A DNA stretch of 64,000 bases from Octopus vulgaris. Taxonomy: Eukaryota. The stretch covers positions 42,222,001 to 42,286,000 of the forward strand of contig OX597833.1 of assembly GCA_951406725.2 (NCBI GenBank), written 5' to 3'. The notes beneath the pieces are model-generated. The model did not search any database and was not told the origin of the DNA. It saw nothing but the letters and a program-made list of their open reading frames with translations. The stretch's first letter is position 1, and each line of letters begins with the position of its first letter. Position numbers and translations under genes: made by a program. Positions 25,942 to 39,931 of this stretch are shown piece after piece.

Positions 25942-26285
25942 CAGGGTTTCTCAACCATTTTTTTTTACCTATGGATCCCTTTGATTCCTATTTTACTTGT
26001 GTGTACCCCCATAGCCAGTCAATGTTTCAAAAATCCTACTGTATTTTTGTAATAAACTATTATTGGTAGTTGTATAAAAACTGTTAATATGTTTTGTGTA
26101 TTGTGGGCGTATAACCAATTTATTACTCATAAATTATAATGGGCTGAAGCACAAATTTTTCATGATCCCTGAAAAATTCCTGTGGACCTCCAATTTATTA
26201 AATTGCATCCGTGGAACCCCCCCCCCCCCCCGAAAATCTTTTGTGGAATCCCAAGGATCATATGAACTCCGGTTGAGAACCCCTG
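25942..26285. mobile_element. hAT-superfamily MITE
   Basis: 15-bp TIRs cagggtttctcaacc / ggttgagaacccctg (1 mismatch); perfect 8-bp TSD acatagag at 25934-25941 and 26286-26293. Confidence 0.92.
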
Positions 26286-27054
26286 ACATAGAGGCTTGTT
26301 ATTTTTAGCCCCTAGGTCAGACTCAGTTCATTTGATCCATGGTCAGAAGTATTCCGTCCAATACTATTCTGTCTCTTTTTATTTTTCATAACAATTTGTT
26401 TAGGATTACGTTATCCATTGTATCTCTGTTTTATGAATAAGATATGACTGCTCTTTTTAGCAAGCCAGTAATTATATAAATGTTGCCTAATTGTTGGTGT
26501 TCTTGCTATTGGAGATAAATCACAAAATACACTGCTGACATAGTTGACAATTCATGGTGCACATCACTACTGTAAATATTTGAGTGTGAAACAACCAAAG
26601 AGGATAGCCACAGATTGGAAAAATTCTGCTACACTGCTGTTTGGATTATTAAGTACTGTAACTGTGGTTTACTTTCAGGGAAGTTACACAAGAACTAAAT
26701 TTTAATTATCTTTAAAAATAGACATTTAATGTATGAATTATTGTGTCATGTTTATTATTACAGCCTGTTAAGGTGGCAAGTGCATTTTGACCATCTTTAC
26801 ACCTTGAGTTCAAATTCTACTAAGGTCAACTTTTCGTCCTTTTGGGGTCAATGAGTTAAGCACCAATTTAGCTCTGGGGCTGATGTAATCAACTAACCGC
26901 CTTCCTCAAAATTTCAGGTCCTGTGCCTAAAGGATTATTGCAGCCTGTTCTATCACGTCTGCCACCAAAATTAGTATCTTTGCAATCAGTACAAGGCCAT
27001 GCATTTTTGGGGTGGAATATAGTTGAGTAAATTGACCCCAGTATTTATCTGGTT

Positions 27055-27393
27055 GTGAAGGCACATGGCTCCGTGGTTAGCACGTCGAGCTTACGATCGT
27101 GAGTTTGTGAGCTTGAATCCCGGACAGGGCTGTGTGTTGTGTTCTTGAGCAAGACACTTTATTTCAGTTTGCTCCAGTTCACTCAGCTGTAGAAATGAGT
27201 TGCGATGTCACAGGTGCCAAGCTGTATCGACTGTTGCCTTTCCCTTAGATAACATCAGTAGCATGGAGAGGGGAGGTCGGCATGCATAGGCGACTGCTGG
27301 TCTTCCATAAACAACCTTGCCTGGACTTGTGCCTGGGAAAGTAACTTTCTAGGTGCAATCCCATGGTCTGAGTCATGACCGAAGGGGGTCTCA
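27055..27393 (+). mobile_element. tRNA-derived SINE family E, nested in an older family A copy
   Basis: A/B-box-like head, ttgtgttcttgagcaagacacttta motif; imperfect TSD atttatctggt / atttgtctggt. Confidence 0.8.
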
Positions 27394-29194
27394 GATTTGT
27401 CTGGTATTTTATTTAATCTAGCTTAGAAAGGTGAAATATTAACCCACTTACAAGATTGCTTTGAACACACCTTTGTTTAATTCTGTGTTGTTTTTGGCAA
27501 GTGGGTAATCAATAGTTTTACCAGGTTAAGCTTCAACTAGCTTGTATTTTCATACTTGACTGCAGATATTTCAGTGTTTCTGGGTAAATTACTTAATTCT
27601 TTTTGTTTTAGTTTTGGTATTCGATCTTCTTAGAAAGGTACTTGTGATCTCTCAGTTGTCTGTCCAAGGGTACGTGTCTCTTATTTGATTAATGCCACAT
27701 AAAGACTTAGTGTTTGTGAACAGATGTTGCTTAGACAAAGTCTATTTCAGTAGTTTCGAAAAAGAAGACTGGAGTTATATTGTTATTGTTTAGTCTCAAG
27801 TCAATCCTGACTGACTAGACCTATATATGATGAACGGCATTCCTATCATGCTTCCTACCTTTTTTTCAGAATGCGTATCTAAGACATCATCATCCAGTTT
27901 GTCTGTGCAGTGTTTTAAGTCAGTTGCTTGTGATTTGAAGGTTTAGCTGCTGTTTCTAACAGCTAGACCACCATGTAGGGGATCCCTTGTTTGACTCCAA
28001 TGTGTATTTGATAGTTGTTATAGCCACTTTTAACTTAGGTTTGTTCAAATATATTGGCATACATGTGAATAACAAATATCTATAATTAGCACTGATTGTG
28101 GGTGTATAGTAGAATAGCTGAAATATATAAAAACTTACAAAATATCCATTATAATTCTTGTTGCTGATTACTCTTGTAATTTATTTTAAAAATGCAGTAA
28201 ATGTTAGTAGCAAGTTTTTTTTTTTAATTTCATTTCTTTAGCTTGACCGTTTATCATGAATACCAGCCCAATGTAGAGTTATATACTGCGAAAGTATATA
28301 TTAGTAGTGTGTTAACTGACATCCTTTAAATGACTTGGTGAGAGGTGAAAGGGCATCCCACAAGACCCTCTCTTTTTCAAGGTCTTTAATATTGGTGAGC
28401 AGAAGGGGGAGGTTATCTTTGGACTGGAGATCTAACCTGAAAGCTGCTAAAGGTATCCAAGGTCCAGGTATGGTTTTAAATCAGGTGGTAGATAAAGTTT
28501 ACCTCCCAGGAACAGGAACTATGTCAAAGCTAGTCGGAGGAAGACTTCTACATGTGAACTTTACCACATTGCCATTCCTGCACATATTATTTCTATCTTA
28601 TAAAACAATTCTATTGCATTGCTTTTTATCTTTTATGTGGAGTTTGCTCCAGTAAAGGCTACCTGAGTTGATAGTGATGGCCTTCTGACTAACAAATCCT
28701 CTGTTAGTATCTTGTCTCTAATACTGCATTATGTTAGTAAAATATTGAACACCTACTGACTTAGTGCATCTAACTGCAAGAAGGTTGTTATTGTTTGGAC
28801 TCAGGTCAATTCTGCCAAGCAGATATATGATCAAAGGCATTAGAGTTGCAACCATCCTATTTCTTTTTGTTAGCCAATATCTGTCTGGAACTACATTATC
28901 CAGTGAGCCATTACTTCAGTAGGATAATTTGAGGGAAATTTGGCTGCTGTGTCTGGGAGGGCCAACAATCATGCAAAGACATCTTTGCATAATCCCAAAT
29001 GAAGTTCTTGTAATACAAGGGCTACAAACAAATATCTATATTAAAAATTTCTCCAAGATATCCTCTGTAAGTTTTTGTCCCTTCAAATATTTATATATGT
29101 AGGTAGGTTTTTTCAACCTATACAATGTGGGGAAAAGAGGATTTTTTGCTGAAGTTTTATTTTGCTCTTTTAATTTTCTTTTATCATCTCTCTG

Positions 29195-29583
29195 TCTTTA
29201 CTCTTTTACTTGTTTCAGTCATTTGACTGCGGCCATGCTGGAGCACCACCTTAAGTCGAGCAAATCGACCCTAGGACTTATTCTTTGTAAGCCCATTCTA
29301 TTGGTCTCTTTTGCCGAACCGCTAAGTGACGGGGACGTAAACACACCAGCATCGGTTGTCAAGCAATGCTAGGGGGACAAACACATACACACACACATAT
29401 ATATACATACATATATACGACGGGCTTCTTTCAGTTTCCGTCTACCAAATCCACTCACAAGGCATTGGTAGGCCCGGGGCTATAGCAGAAGACACTTGCC
29501 CAAGATACCATGCAGTGGGACTGAACCTGGAACTATGTGGTTGGTTAGCAAGCTACTTACCACACAGCCACTCCTGCACCTAT
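29195..29583 (-). mobile_element. SINE family B, full-length, well preserved
   Basis: Reverse complement reads caggagtggctgtgtggtaagtagcttgct...ggttcagtcccactgc...cttggg(c)aagtgtcttct, an internal microsatellite, then tail atgactgaaacaagtaaaagagtaaaga. Confidence 0.88.
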
Positions 29584-30422
29584 CTGTATTAATTACATTT
29601 GAATATGACTCAATAAGCCATTATATTTAACACAGGAATATTTAGTTTGAAGTATCTCAGCTAGTTCAGATGTTAGGCCAATGAACTACATGCTGTTCAC
29701 ATTTGGTGTGAAAAGAAAATGTGCTATGTTTTCTCTGCAACTCTAGCCAATATTTGACTTTGCCTTCTAGTGACAATCAGTTTCATTGCTATTTTGCTAT
29801 TTCTTTTGATGAAAGCATGAACATTACAGACTCACATTCATTCCTCCTCTCCATTCCTCTTATACCAAGGTTGTATCTCAACTAGAAATCAAATACCAAT
29901 TTAATCCTCCCTTTTTTTTCTTTCTTCCTTTTGTTTTTGCATTGCAACAGTAGAATTCTGTTGCTTTAGAGAGTAAATAATTCAGAAATGCCATCTACAT
30001 GGAAAAACAATAGTTATGTTAATGTTAACATATTTAATAACTGAAACATTAAAGAGACTAACTAATATATATATATATATATATATATATGCAATGAAGA
30101 AAAATGATATTCATAAATTATGTATTCTCCTGCAAGTATTGGAGATAATATTGGACATTTCAGGCCTATTCTGATTAAATAACTGATGAGGTCAGTTAGT
30201 GCACTCATCATATTTAAAATCTACCTGTTCAGGGCCAATCCGAGGTTAAACAACAACTGACTTGTGTTTCATCAATAGTTGAATGCTTTAATAGTTGAGT
30301 GGACATCTGGAAATATTTGAAGTCAGAACAATAAGGTAACAAACCAGATTAATGTCTCTGTTTTGGTTCTTTGATGTCTATTCCAAATTCACCATCATAG
30401 CAATAATAATAATAATAATAAT

Positions 30423-30453
<31 letters not shown>

Positions 30454-30491
30454 GTAATGATAATAATGATAATAATAATAATAATAATAAT

Positions 30492-30917
30492 TGTAAAAGA
30501 TGGGCTACAACAAATATTCTGCTCAATACCACAGATTTACTTGTCAGTTGCTTGACCCTAACCAGTTGAGCATGTCCCCTAATGGTTGATGATATGTGCA
30601 TCTCTGATCACGAGTAGGAGTAGTGGGGGAGCATCATAGATAAGTGTTCAGATGGATTCTTTGGGATTTGAATAATTCACCACTAGAAACATGGGTGTTT
30701 TGTACATCATCCTTAAACAACCCTTATTCAGGGACCTTTTAAGTGGGATGGGCTACTAACTGGGGCCCTGCCCTCAAAGTCTTGCACTATTTATTTTGAC
30801 ATGGGCCACCATGTTGCACATATATGGTTATCAGATGGGCTGTCATGACAGGTATATTGGGCATCATATTTTTGTATCTCAGAGGCACTTTGATGGTGTG
30901 TACTGCTCTCTCACTCA

Positions 30918-30920
<3 letters not shown>
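30492..30920. mobile_element. Interspersed repeat between (AAT)n tracts, unclassified
   Basis: 30505-30675 matches 6508-6677 inside the Tc1-type MITE; flanked by (AAT)n on both sides. Confidence 0.6.
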
Positions 30921-30959
<39 letters not shown>

Positions 30960-30964
30960 GAAAA

Positions 30965-31527
30965 TGGCATCTGAGGGGTGATGCATACCTTGTGTGCAGA
31001 TAAATTAAAAGAATTTTTTTTTTAATCCAAAAATATAATTGAAGTTAAATGAAATATGGTGAAAGATGTGAAAAGATAGTTTTTATTTTTCATTTCCCCT
31101 AAAGAACCAGGTATGTTGAAGAAGCTTCTTATATTTCAACAGGTTTTCACAAAAACATTAAAATACAAGTTGGCAAAGAAATTTGAATGTTATTTTAAGG
31201 GGTTTGGAATTAAGATTAAGAAAAAATAACATAAAAGGAAGTTTCTCCAATTTTTCACTAAAGAATCATGCGTGTTCCAAAAAAGAAAATCTAATAGTTT
31301 TACAGTGAAATGCTAAAATACAAAGAAAATCAAAGGTTGTTTTGGAAAGTTCAACATACAATTTGTATATGAGCAAAACTTGCTTTTGACTAAATATATG
31401 CTTATTCAAATAATAATCATGATTAGGAAAAAGAAAGTGAACAAAATGAAATACTTATGGAAAATATTGCATAGAATTTGAGTGTTTTCAATGTCTTTCA
31501 ATGATGGCGAATCAAATGTACTGTAGT
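30965..31527 (+). mobile_element. Second copy of the 8140-9022 repeat (5' part)
   Basis: Long shared blocks such as ttcactaaagaatcatgcgtgtt and gaaaaagaaagtgaacaaaatgaaatactta. Confidence 0.75.
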
Positions 31528-32021
31528 GTGTATATAAAGGGAAGGCAGCAGTATGTGTGTATTATATCCCTTCAATACTCCCTTCATGCTTAATTGTATG
31601 TCCTTTCAGCCACTACATGTACATGTACAAGGAATAAAAAAATCAACTCCTAAAGACACACTTGGCTTGTATGTGCACACAATCATAAACATAGACACAC
31701 AATACTTCTGCACAACTCGGAAACACATGTACACTTAAATGGACATCCTCAAACACTTCACCCATATGCACATATTACTTACATACATTACATCACTCAC
31801 ACCATACACACACATGCAAATGCACCATGGATATATAGATGCAAATTTAGTTAGTTGTAATTCATTTTGTCAATTAATCAAACTGTTCAGATTGATCGCT
31901 TTTGTGATCAATGACTTTTGTAATTGATTTTAGGTATAATTGGGAGAAACTGCGACAATTTATTTATACCTATTGATTATAAATTTTACCAAACTTAAAC
32001 ACAACCATTTGGACATTGTGT

Positions 32022-32053
<32 letters not shown>

Positions 32054-32606
32054 ACACACACGTATGTGTGATTAAGGTGAAGGTATGGCTGTATGGTTAA
32101 GAAGTCTGCTTCACAATCATGTGGTATTGGGTTCAGTCCCGTGGTATAGCACCTAGGGCAAGTGTTTGTACAGCAGTGCCAGGTTGATCAATGCTTTGTG
32201 AGTGAATTTTAAAATGTACATGTGCATGCACGTGTATGTATCTTTGTTTACATTTGCACTTTTTAAAAGCACATGGATGTTGTTGTCATTTCCCTTATTG
32301 ACAAATTGTTTACTGCTTCTTTGCTTTTGAAGATACATGAAGCACAAGTAAGGATAAATGACAGAAAGGGCACCCAGTTGTAAAATAATGCTCCAATAAT
32401 ATTTACATCTAACTCATGCTAGCAGGGAAAAGCAGGTGTAAAACAAATGTATATACATATTCATACATACACACACAAGCATATATACATTGAGAAAATT
32501 CTCGCAATTAATTGCAATTAGTGCTCTGCGAACCCAAGACCATCACATGCACACACACACACACACACACACAAATGCATATGCACACATATACATGTAC
32601 ACATAC

Positions 32607-32840
32607 CTATTTTTTTACTACCCACAAGGGGCCAAACACAGAGAAGACAAACAAGGACAGACAAACGGTTCAAGTCGATTATATCGACCCCAGTGCGTAA
32701 CTGGTACTTATTTAGTCGACCCCAAAAGGATGAAAGGCAAAGTCGACCTCGGTGGAATTTGAACTCAGAATGTAGCGGCAGACAAAATACTGCTAAGCAT
32801 TTCGCTCGGCGTGCTAACGTTTCAGCCAGCTCGCCGCCTT
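32607..32840 (-). mobile_element. SINE family A, full length
   Basis: Reverse complement of the 4908 copy; TSD atgtacacata at 32595-32605 and 32841-32851. Confidence 0.9.
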
Positions 32841-33012
32841 ATGTACACATATCTATGCTCACATACATGTGCAAGTGTCTTCTTTCCAAAGTCTTGTAGT
32901 TGAGAATGCCTTGTAAGTAGAATTTGGAAGTTAGTAAACTATGTGAAAGCCCATTACACACACACACACACACACACAAACACACACTCACACACACACA
33001 CACAAACACACA

Positions 33013-33056
<44 letters not shown>

Positions 33057-33281
33057 TGGGCTTCCATATAATCTTAATCTACCAAGTTTCACTTCGAAGG
33101 TATTTGTTATCTACAACTGTAGGGGAAGGCACTTGTCCAAGGTGCCCTGCAGTGAAACTGAACTTGACACCATGTAGTTGTAAAGCAAACTTCTTAATAT
33201 AGTTTTGCATTCACTAACGTGTATGATATTTAGACACACATACAATATATATATATATACATGTCTCTCTCTATATATCTG

Positions 33282-33321
<40 letters not shown>

Positions 33322-33355
33322 CACATACATACATACACATTAGACACATCCATGC

Positions 33356-33388
<33 letters not shown>

Positions 33389-33864
33389 TATATCATTTAT
33401 GTAAACTTTTTTGTTTCTCTTTTGATAAAATTGTTTTAGCAACCATTTATGAACTGAATTCTTTTACATTTGGAATGGGTGGGATACAGAAAAGAAGAAG
33501 GTAAAAAAATAAATAAAGGATAAGAAGAAAAACAGCCAGGAAAATCTCTGGCAATTTAAATGTATAACTTATGAATTAATGGAGGACATATTTGAATAAT
33601 ATCTAGTAGACCGTGCTACATATTCATCTTGTACATTAAGAAGAACAAACAAGGCCGCAATATATGTGATTATTTAACATTAATATATTTAAATGAAATT
33701 CTAATTGTCCTGTTGCAAAAACATGTTGGCTAATTTGAATATATAAAACATCTTTTATCGATTTAGTACTACACAGCAACGACATTTGAATATTTCTGAA
33801 TATATATATATGCAAAAAAAAAAAATTAATAATGTATGTATGTATATACATGTGCATGCACATA

Positions 33865-33898
<34 letters not shown>

Positions 33899-34081
33899 CA
33901 TGCATGCGCACATGCATATGTGTATACATATGTAATTCACATAGCCTCGCAACAAAATGGGTTTGAGTTGGATCCCACTGAGCAGCAAGTACCAGGGGCA
34001 AGTGTTTTCTTGTACAGTCTTGGATTGGCCAATATTACTTTGTTAGTGAAATTTGTGGACAAAACTGTGCTGAAGCTCACT

Positions 34082-34123
<42 letters not shown>

Positions 34124-34371
34124 ATGCATGTGTTAGTGTATATGATTGTAAGTTGGTGCATTGAGTTATGTAGTTATGTTATGCCTCACCCTAAGAAAAA
34201 CCTAGACATTCAATAAATACGAATCAATAAAATATGTACTAGAATGGTGTATGTGTGTGTGTGCATACGAGTGCCTGCACCTATTGTTATGTACAAACTA
34301 GGTACATGCATGTGCCCCACCCCCACACTAAACTTAAGTTCTTCATCATCATCACCACCACCACCACCACC

Positions 34372-34625
34372 ATCATCATCGTTTAAAGTCTGCCTTCCAT
34401 GCTGGCATGAGTTGAACAGTTGGACAGGAGTTAGCCAAGCAGAAGGCTGCACCAGACTTCTGTGTCTGTTTTGGCATGGTTTTACAGCTGGATGCCTTTC
34501 CTAACAGCAACCACCCCACAGAGTGGACTGAGTGCTTTTTACATGGCAACAGCACAGGCAAGGTCAGTTTTGACATGGTTTTTACAGCTGGATACCCTTC
34601 CAAATGCCAACCACTTCACAGTGTC
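34372..34625 (-). mobile_element. Family C retroposon fragment
   Basis: (CAT)n, then gtttaaagtctgccttccatgct...cagctggatgcc; internal duplication. Confidence 0.7.
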
Positions 34626-35371
34626 TTATAGTTAGGATTTGGCCACACATATGTATTTAGGATTGAACTTATAAACTATAGGAAATCCTATAAAGAAACA
34701 GTTTCTTATTTAATATGGCTATTTTTTGTTTTTGTTTAAAAAGAGTTTATTACAGCTATCTGCTATCTGAATAAGGGTTGCAGTTTGGTTATTCGAATGG
34801 GCGAAGGTATACAGTGTCCTGTCTCTTTCTCTTGACAGTGATCTTGTTGAAGGACTTGCTGCCTTAATATACCAAGTAGGTATCTTGTTAAGGCTCAGTT
34901 CACTGTTTAATTGATATGTATTTTAGTTTGCAGTGTTGGGTTACAAATTTTGCATGGGGATGTGTATGTTTTACTAAGTTCATTCCTTAACTGCCTGCCT
35001 CAAACTGTCCCTGGTTCTCTGATACAAATTCACTGTTTTAAAGTGGACTAAATTAAAACTACCATCAAAATTTCATGTTAATTTGTATTCCAGACACCAG
35101 CTTCATGACAACAAAGTTATTTTAATAAATTCTTCATTAGGCAGTATATTTTAACATATACATGATGCCAAAAGGTTAAATACATTACCTACATGAGCCA
35201 ACAAATAGTTTCTATATGTGGTAGTCCTTCATATCGAAAAAGATAAAAGATGGGATGGTTACTGGTGAAGCACCAGGACCAATCAGAGCTGATCTGGATC
35301 AAAACAACACCAACACTACAATTCAAGTAGTATTTTTATAACTTAATCTTTAGGTTCAGTTAGTTCCTTTG

Positions 35372-35413
<42 letters not shown>

Positions 35414-35622
35414 GTTTAATGTCCGTTTTCCATGCTAGCATGGGTTGGATGGTTTTGACTGAGGGCTGGTAACCAGATTGCTGCACCAGGCTCCAGTCTT
35501 GATCTGGCAGAGTTTCTACAGCTGGATGCCCTTCCTAACGCCAACCACTCCGTGAGTGTAGTGGGTGCTTTTTACGTGCCACCTGCACGGGGGCCAGTCA
35601 GTCAGGCGGTACTGGTAATGAC
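35372..35622 (-). mobile_element. Family C retroposon fragment with (CAT)n tail
   Basis: catgctagcatgggttgga...gctggatgcccttcctaacgccaaccactcc. Confidence 0.8.
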
Positions 35623-35899
35623 ATAAATTTGTAGAGTAGCTGAACTACTCTTAGTATGGGATTGGTATTTATTTTATGTTGACTCTGTAGAGAAGAAAAG
35701 AAAAGTGGATCCCAGTGTGATTTGAACTTCAGTGTAGAAGGAAGAAACTAAATACTTTCAGGTGTTCAATCTAATGTCTCATCATCATCATTTCAACCTA
35801 TCTGATCCCTTCTCCCAATGATAACTATTAGAGAGCCTTTGTATGGTGTCTACTAAAAACAGTGGCTAACCTTCCTCAGATCATTTCTTACAGTCTTAA

Positions 35900-36113
35900 C
35901 CTTTCAGCATGCAGATTACTCTGTCAAATGTAGTGCTTATTCACATTGTTTTGAACTAATCATGCATTGTCTTGTAGCTATGAGATTTCAGTGATGTGAT
36001 TGTTTATTTTTAAAATGACATAGGGTAGGTGTGAGAGGCAGGTTCTGAGCAGTTTGAACATTAATAAAATGTAGAATATCTTGGCTGGATATGGCCAGTT
36101 TAAATACTAAAGG
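35900..36113 (-). mobile_element. piggyBac-type MITE
   Basis: TTAA on both sides (35896-35899 and 36114-36117); ends cctttcagcat / atactaaagg. Confidence 0.8.
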
Positions 36114-37284
36114 TTAAATAATGAAAGGATACATTAGATAATGAGTTTTAGTGTGTTGAGTGTGTATAAGAAGATGAAGACAACTTACAAAAAAAAAAAT
36201 CCCATAACACCCTGTAGAAGGGTGTTATGTTTACTGTTATCATCATTGTGGCTATCTCTTCCTCCAACTACTACAGTGGTGGTCATGCTGAACTATGGAA
36301 TAAGCAAAGCAAAATGAGTCTTTGCAGAAATAAATGTATATAATGAAAATGTCTGAGGATAACCCTTCTTTTCCACTCCAGGCAATGGGGGTAGCCATTT
36401 AAATATTCTGAAGCCTTTTCTTTGTTAAAAGAAGAAAGCACAATTTTTTTTCCAATCAATAATCCTGAAAGAAATTACCTTTTCAATAGAGTTCTGTAAA
36501 TGCCTGCATCCATGACTACAACAATAATAAAAATAATCTTTTCTTGGTACAAGTGCAACAGATGAGAGAGGATATTATGAGAACCTGTTAAAAAATGTAT
36601 GGTTGTTTATACAAATTGGATGAATAAAATAAAAGTAAAAAAGAGAGGGCGTGGGGAAATAGTGTACACTACATACATAAATAACAAGCTCCCTCCTCTA
36701 CCTATAAAGAATAAGTATGTAGAACAGTTGAAACCCAAACTGAATCCTGTTTAATACCACTCTGTTTTAGTCTGTATCTGGGTCCATTATGCAAATGATA
36801 CAAAGCCAGTCATTTTAAAGTGTTCATATTTAAGTTTGAGCCTTCTATCATAATTTCATGAAAGAACCTTTTTTTTTTTTTTGCTACAAACTTTAGATTA
36901 ATAATGACTAAAGTTTATTTTAGTAAATTCTTTCAAAGTTCTTGATTGTTTGCAAAATTAATTGAGACAGATAGGCAGTGTGTTACATTAAAAAAAGTTT
37001 CTGTTGTATACCTGAGTTGTCTGTTGATTTTCATTTCTGAGTATTTCATTCTTTGTTATAATTCTATGAGAAAAGATCAGTGAAGAAATGCTGGTGGTGT
37101 GTTTTTGATTAGAGTGGGTCCTGATTTGGCAGAAAGTGATCCAAGCTTTGTGGTCTCAAAGACATCCTTTGTGGCACATCTGAAATGTGACATACAGGAT
37201 CAGGCAAAGAAACTGCAATGAACTACTGTTAACACAGGTGTTGTTTTAGTTGTGTATTCTTGGCCAGTTCATTTGGCATTAACA

Positions 37285-37672
37285 AAAAGGGACAAGAAAA
37301 AACAAGGACGGGTCATTCGGAGTTTTCTTTCGTCAGTCGAGTTCCAGATTATCTTTGCAGTTTCAGCTGGTTATACTTGAGACTGCTCCAATCTGGCCAG
37401 CCCCAAGAGCACTAGATTCCTTGGAAGAGCACTAAGCTAAGAACACTAGATTCCTTGGAAGAAAGCAGCAAATGTATATGAAAACAAGGACAGAAAATAA
37501 AGAACGGAGAAATGGTACACAGATACAAATGCAGACAACAGGACATTAACAGATGTCTTTTGACTAAGGATGAATTAAATTAAGCTGGCGTGTGTGGAAG
37601 TGAAGCCTTACAGCAGGGACATAAGAGATAACAGGCATGGGAAGGAATATAGATGTTGCACGGATGGTAGTT
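37285..37672 (-). mobile_element. Probable Penelope-type pseudo-LTR-like repeat
   Basis: Purine-rich repeat next to (GATA)n; minus strand holds a decayed ctgacga...cgaa hammerhead-like motif; internal 20-bp duplication cactagattccttggaaga. Confidence 0.35.
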
Positions 37673-37749
37673 GAATAAATAAATAGATAGATAGATAGAT
37701 AGATAGATATTTGTTTTATTCTTTTGTATGCTTACATATGGATGGCATC

Positions 37750-38210
37750 CCATAGTGTGAGGTAAAATCTGAGTAAATCAAGTCTATTGCTTGCATGCAT
37801 CTCCTTTGTTTTACTTATATTCTTAAGAGGGTCTTTTTCTCTTTCTTTTCTTTTTTGGGGTGGGGCTTAGTCAAAGGAGGAAGTGTAGTGCTCAGGACAT
37901 TTTTCAGGTCATCTGAAATGAGTGTGAGGAAGGGAAGAAAGTGTAGTGACGTCATTCTTCAGTGTGCGTGTGCAGGGCTGGAACCTTTTGGAAAGGCCTA
38001 AGGAAGTTCCCTCATGCACCTGCGTTAAAAACTGGGGGAAAAAATTCTATCGCATTCCTTGTTAGCGTCGGTGATTTGAGACACGGCTATTGAAGAGAGA
38101 AGACGTGTTTAACGAAATAAAGTGTCATAGTTTCTAAGGTTGCTTTCTTGTTCCTGACGCTGGTAGTTTTTGGAAACAAAGAAAGAAATTGTGTTGCACC
38201 CAAACAGTGC
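37750..38210 (+). mobile_element. Possible solo-LTR-like segment
   Basis: CpG-richer island with TGACGTCA at 37947-37954 and AATAAA at about 38116; plausible TG...CA ends but no clean TSD. Confidence 0.35.
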
Positions 38211-38690
38211 AAAAGACAACCTGTTCCAGACAGTTCCTTTACAAAAGTATCCTCAAGCTATCTCCCTGGCCTGCATGCTTGTAATGGAGTAAACTCTGTT
38301 AAAGGAACCTAGTTGTTAGGTGGTGGTAACGGTGGTGGCAGTGATGAGGAGAATGGTGTTAAATCTATCACTCAAAACTATGAAATGTCTTTCCTGTGGG
38401 GCTTCCTCTCATTTTCCTGTCTATCAAATTTCACTCACAAGCCATTGATTAATCTGAGCCTGAGGTGTAAGAAATTTGCTTCAAATGAAACTTCTCCATT
38501 TTTATATGGCAAGCATCATATAATATGAAATAGTATACTAGTAAATTGACTTGAATGATTCTTTTTTAATTTGTGTTCTTCAGAAAATTACAAACATTAC
38601 AATAGCCAAACCCTTCCTTCAAGTTAATAGTGTTGCTCACTTCATTGTGCATCACTACCATCATTCTCCCCAATTCTCATCCAAAATATT

Positions 38691-38980
38691 CATCATCATC
38701 ATCATCATCATTTAATGTCTGTTTTCCATGCTAGCATGGGTTGGACGGTTCAACTGGGGTCTGGGAAGCCAGAAGGCTGCGCCAGGCCCAGTCTGATCTG
38801 GCAGTGTTTCTACAGCTGGATGCCCTTCCTAATGCCAACCACTCCATGAGTGTAGTGGGTGCTTTTTACGTACCACCGGCACAGGTGCCAGACGGGGCTG
38901 GCAAACGGCCACGATCGGATGGTGCTTTTTACGTGCCACCGGCACGGGGGCCAGACGAGGCTGGCAACGGCCACAATCGA
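38691..38980 (-). mobile_element. Family C retroposon, two internal units
   Basis: Near-identical reverse complement of 22030-22320. Confidence 0.85.
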
Positions 38981-39339
38981 TCCAAAATATTGGACTACCA
39001 AAACAAAATTTAGGTTCTGCTGTTTTGTCTCTGTTTCTTTCATTCATTGTCTATTCTGGTGCCCCATAAAAATACTGAGGCTATAAGGTCCATATTTTGT
39101 ATTATCTATGATTATGTGGTAGATTAGTAATGTTTTATTTTGCTCTTCAAAATGTTGCTTTTTAGTTGTTATTTTGATATTAATAACCCTGTCCAGCTCT
39201 ATTCAACATGTCATGTACAGACAGAGTTACAGGTTATATAGAATGCAAAATCATTTACACACACACACACACACACACACGTGCATGTGCAAAAGAAAAT
39301 GTAATGGAAATATGCTCACACCCGTATAGGTACCTAGCA

Positions 39340-39830
39340 ACACAATTTCTATTAGATATTTGTTAGCAGTACAAAATGCATTCAGATATTGACCATATAT
39401 GTAGAGAAATACTCTCTCTCTCTCCCACTCACACATGTGCACCCATGCACACAGAACAAGATAATTTCTGTTAGATATTTGTGACCATAACAGCAGTACT
39501 AAATGTGTTCAAATATTGACCACACATGTAGAGATGCATTGACATACAGATATAAAGTTATTCAGTCAAATAAATTCCTGTTAAATATTTGTCAGCATAA
39601 CAGTTAGTAGTACAAACTATATTCAAATGTTGACCATACATTGTAGAGATACATTTACACACATATATAGTTACATAAGTAATACAATTTCTATTTGATA
39701 TTTTATAACCATACTAGTTAGTAGTACAAAATATATTCAGATATTGACCACACATGTAGAGATACATTCATAAACATATACAGTTATGCAGCAATATAAT
39801 TTCTCTTATTTGTGTCCATAATAGTATTAC
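39340..39830. repeat. Degenerate ~110-120-bp tandem repeat, 4-5 units
   Basis: Unit aatttct.ttagatatttgt...agtacaaaat..attcagatattgaccayayatgtagaga near 39343, 39462, 39572 and 39685. Confidence 0.8.
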
Positions 39831-39845
39831 AATGTACAATGTATA

Positions 39846-39888
<43 letters not shown>

Positions 39889-39889
39889 T

Positions 39890-39931
<42 letters not shown>

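Noticed and set aside
28330-28740. Possible LINE ORF1/gag-like relic (similar texture at 23600-24130 and 50400-50890)
   Set aside because: No complete zinc knuckle or other diagnostic motif is recognisable.
36690-36750. Penelope-like C-terminus KYVEQLKPKLN
   Set aside because: Single short motif with no upstream GIY-YIG support.
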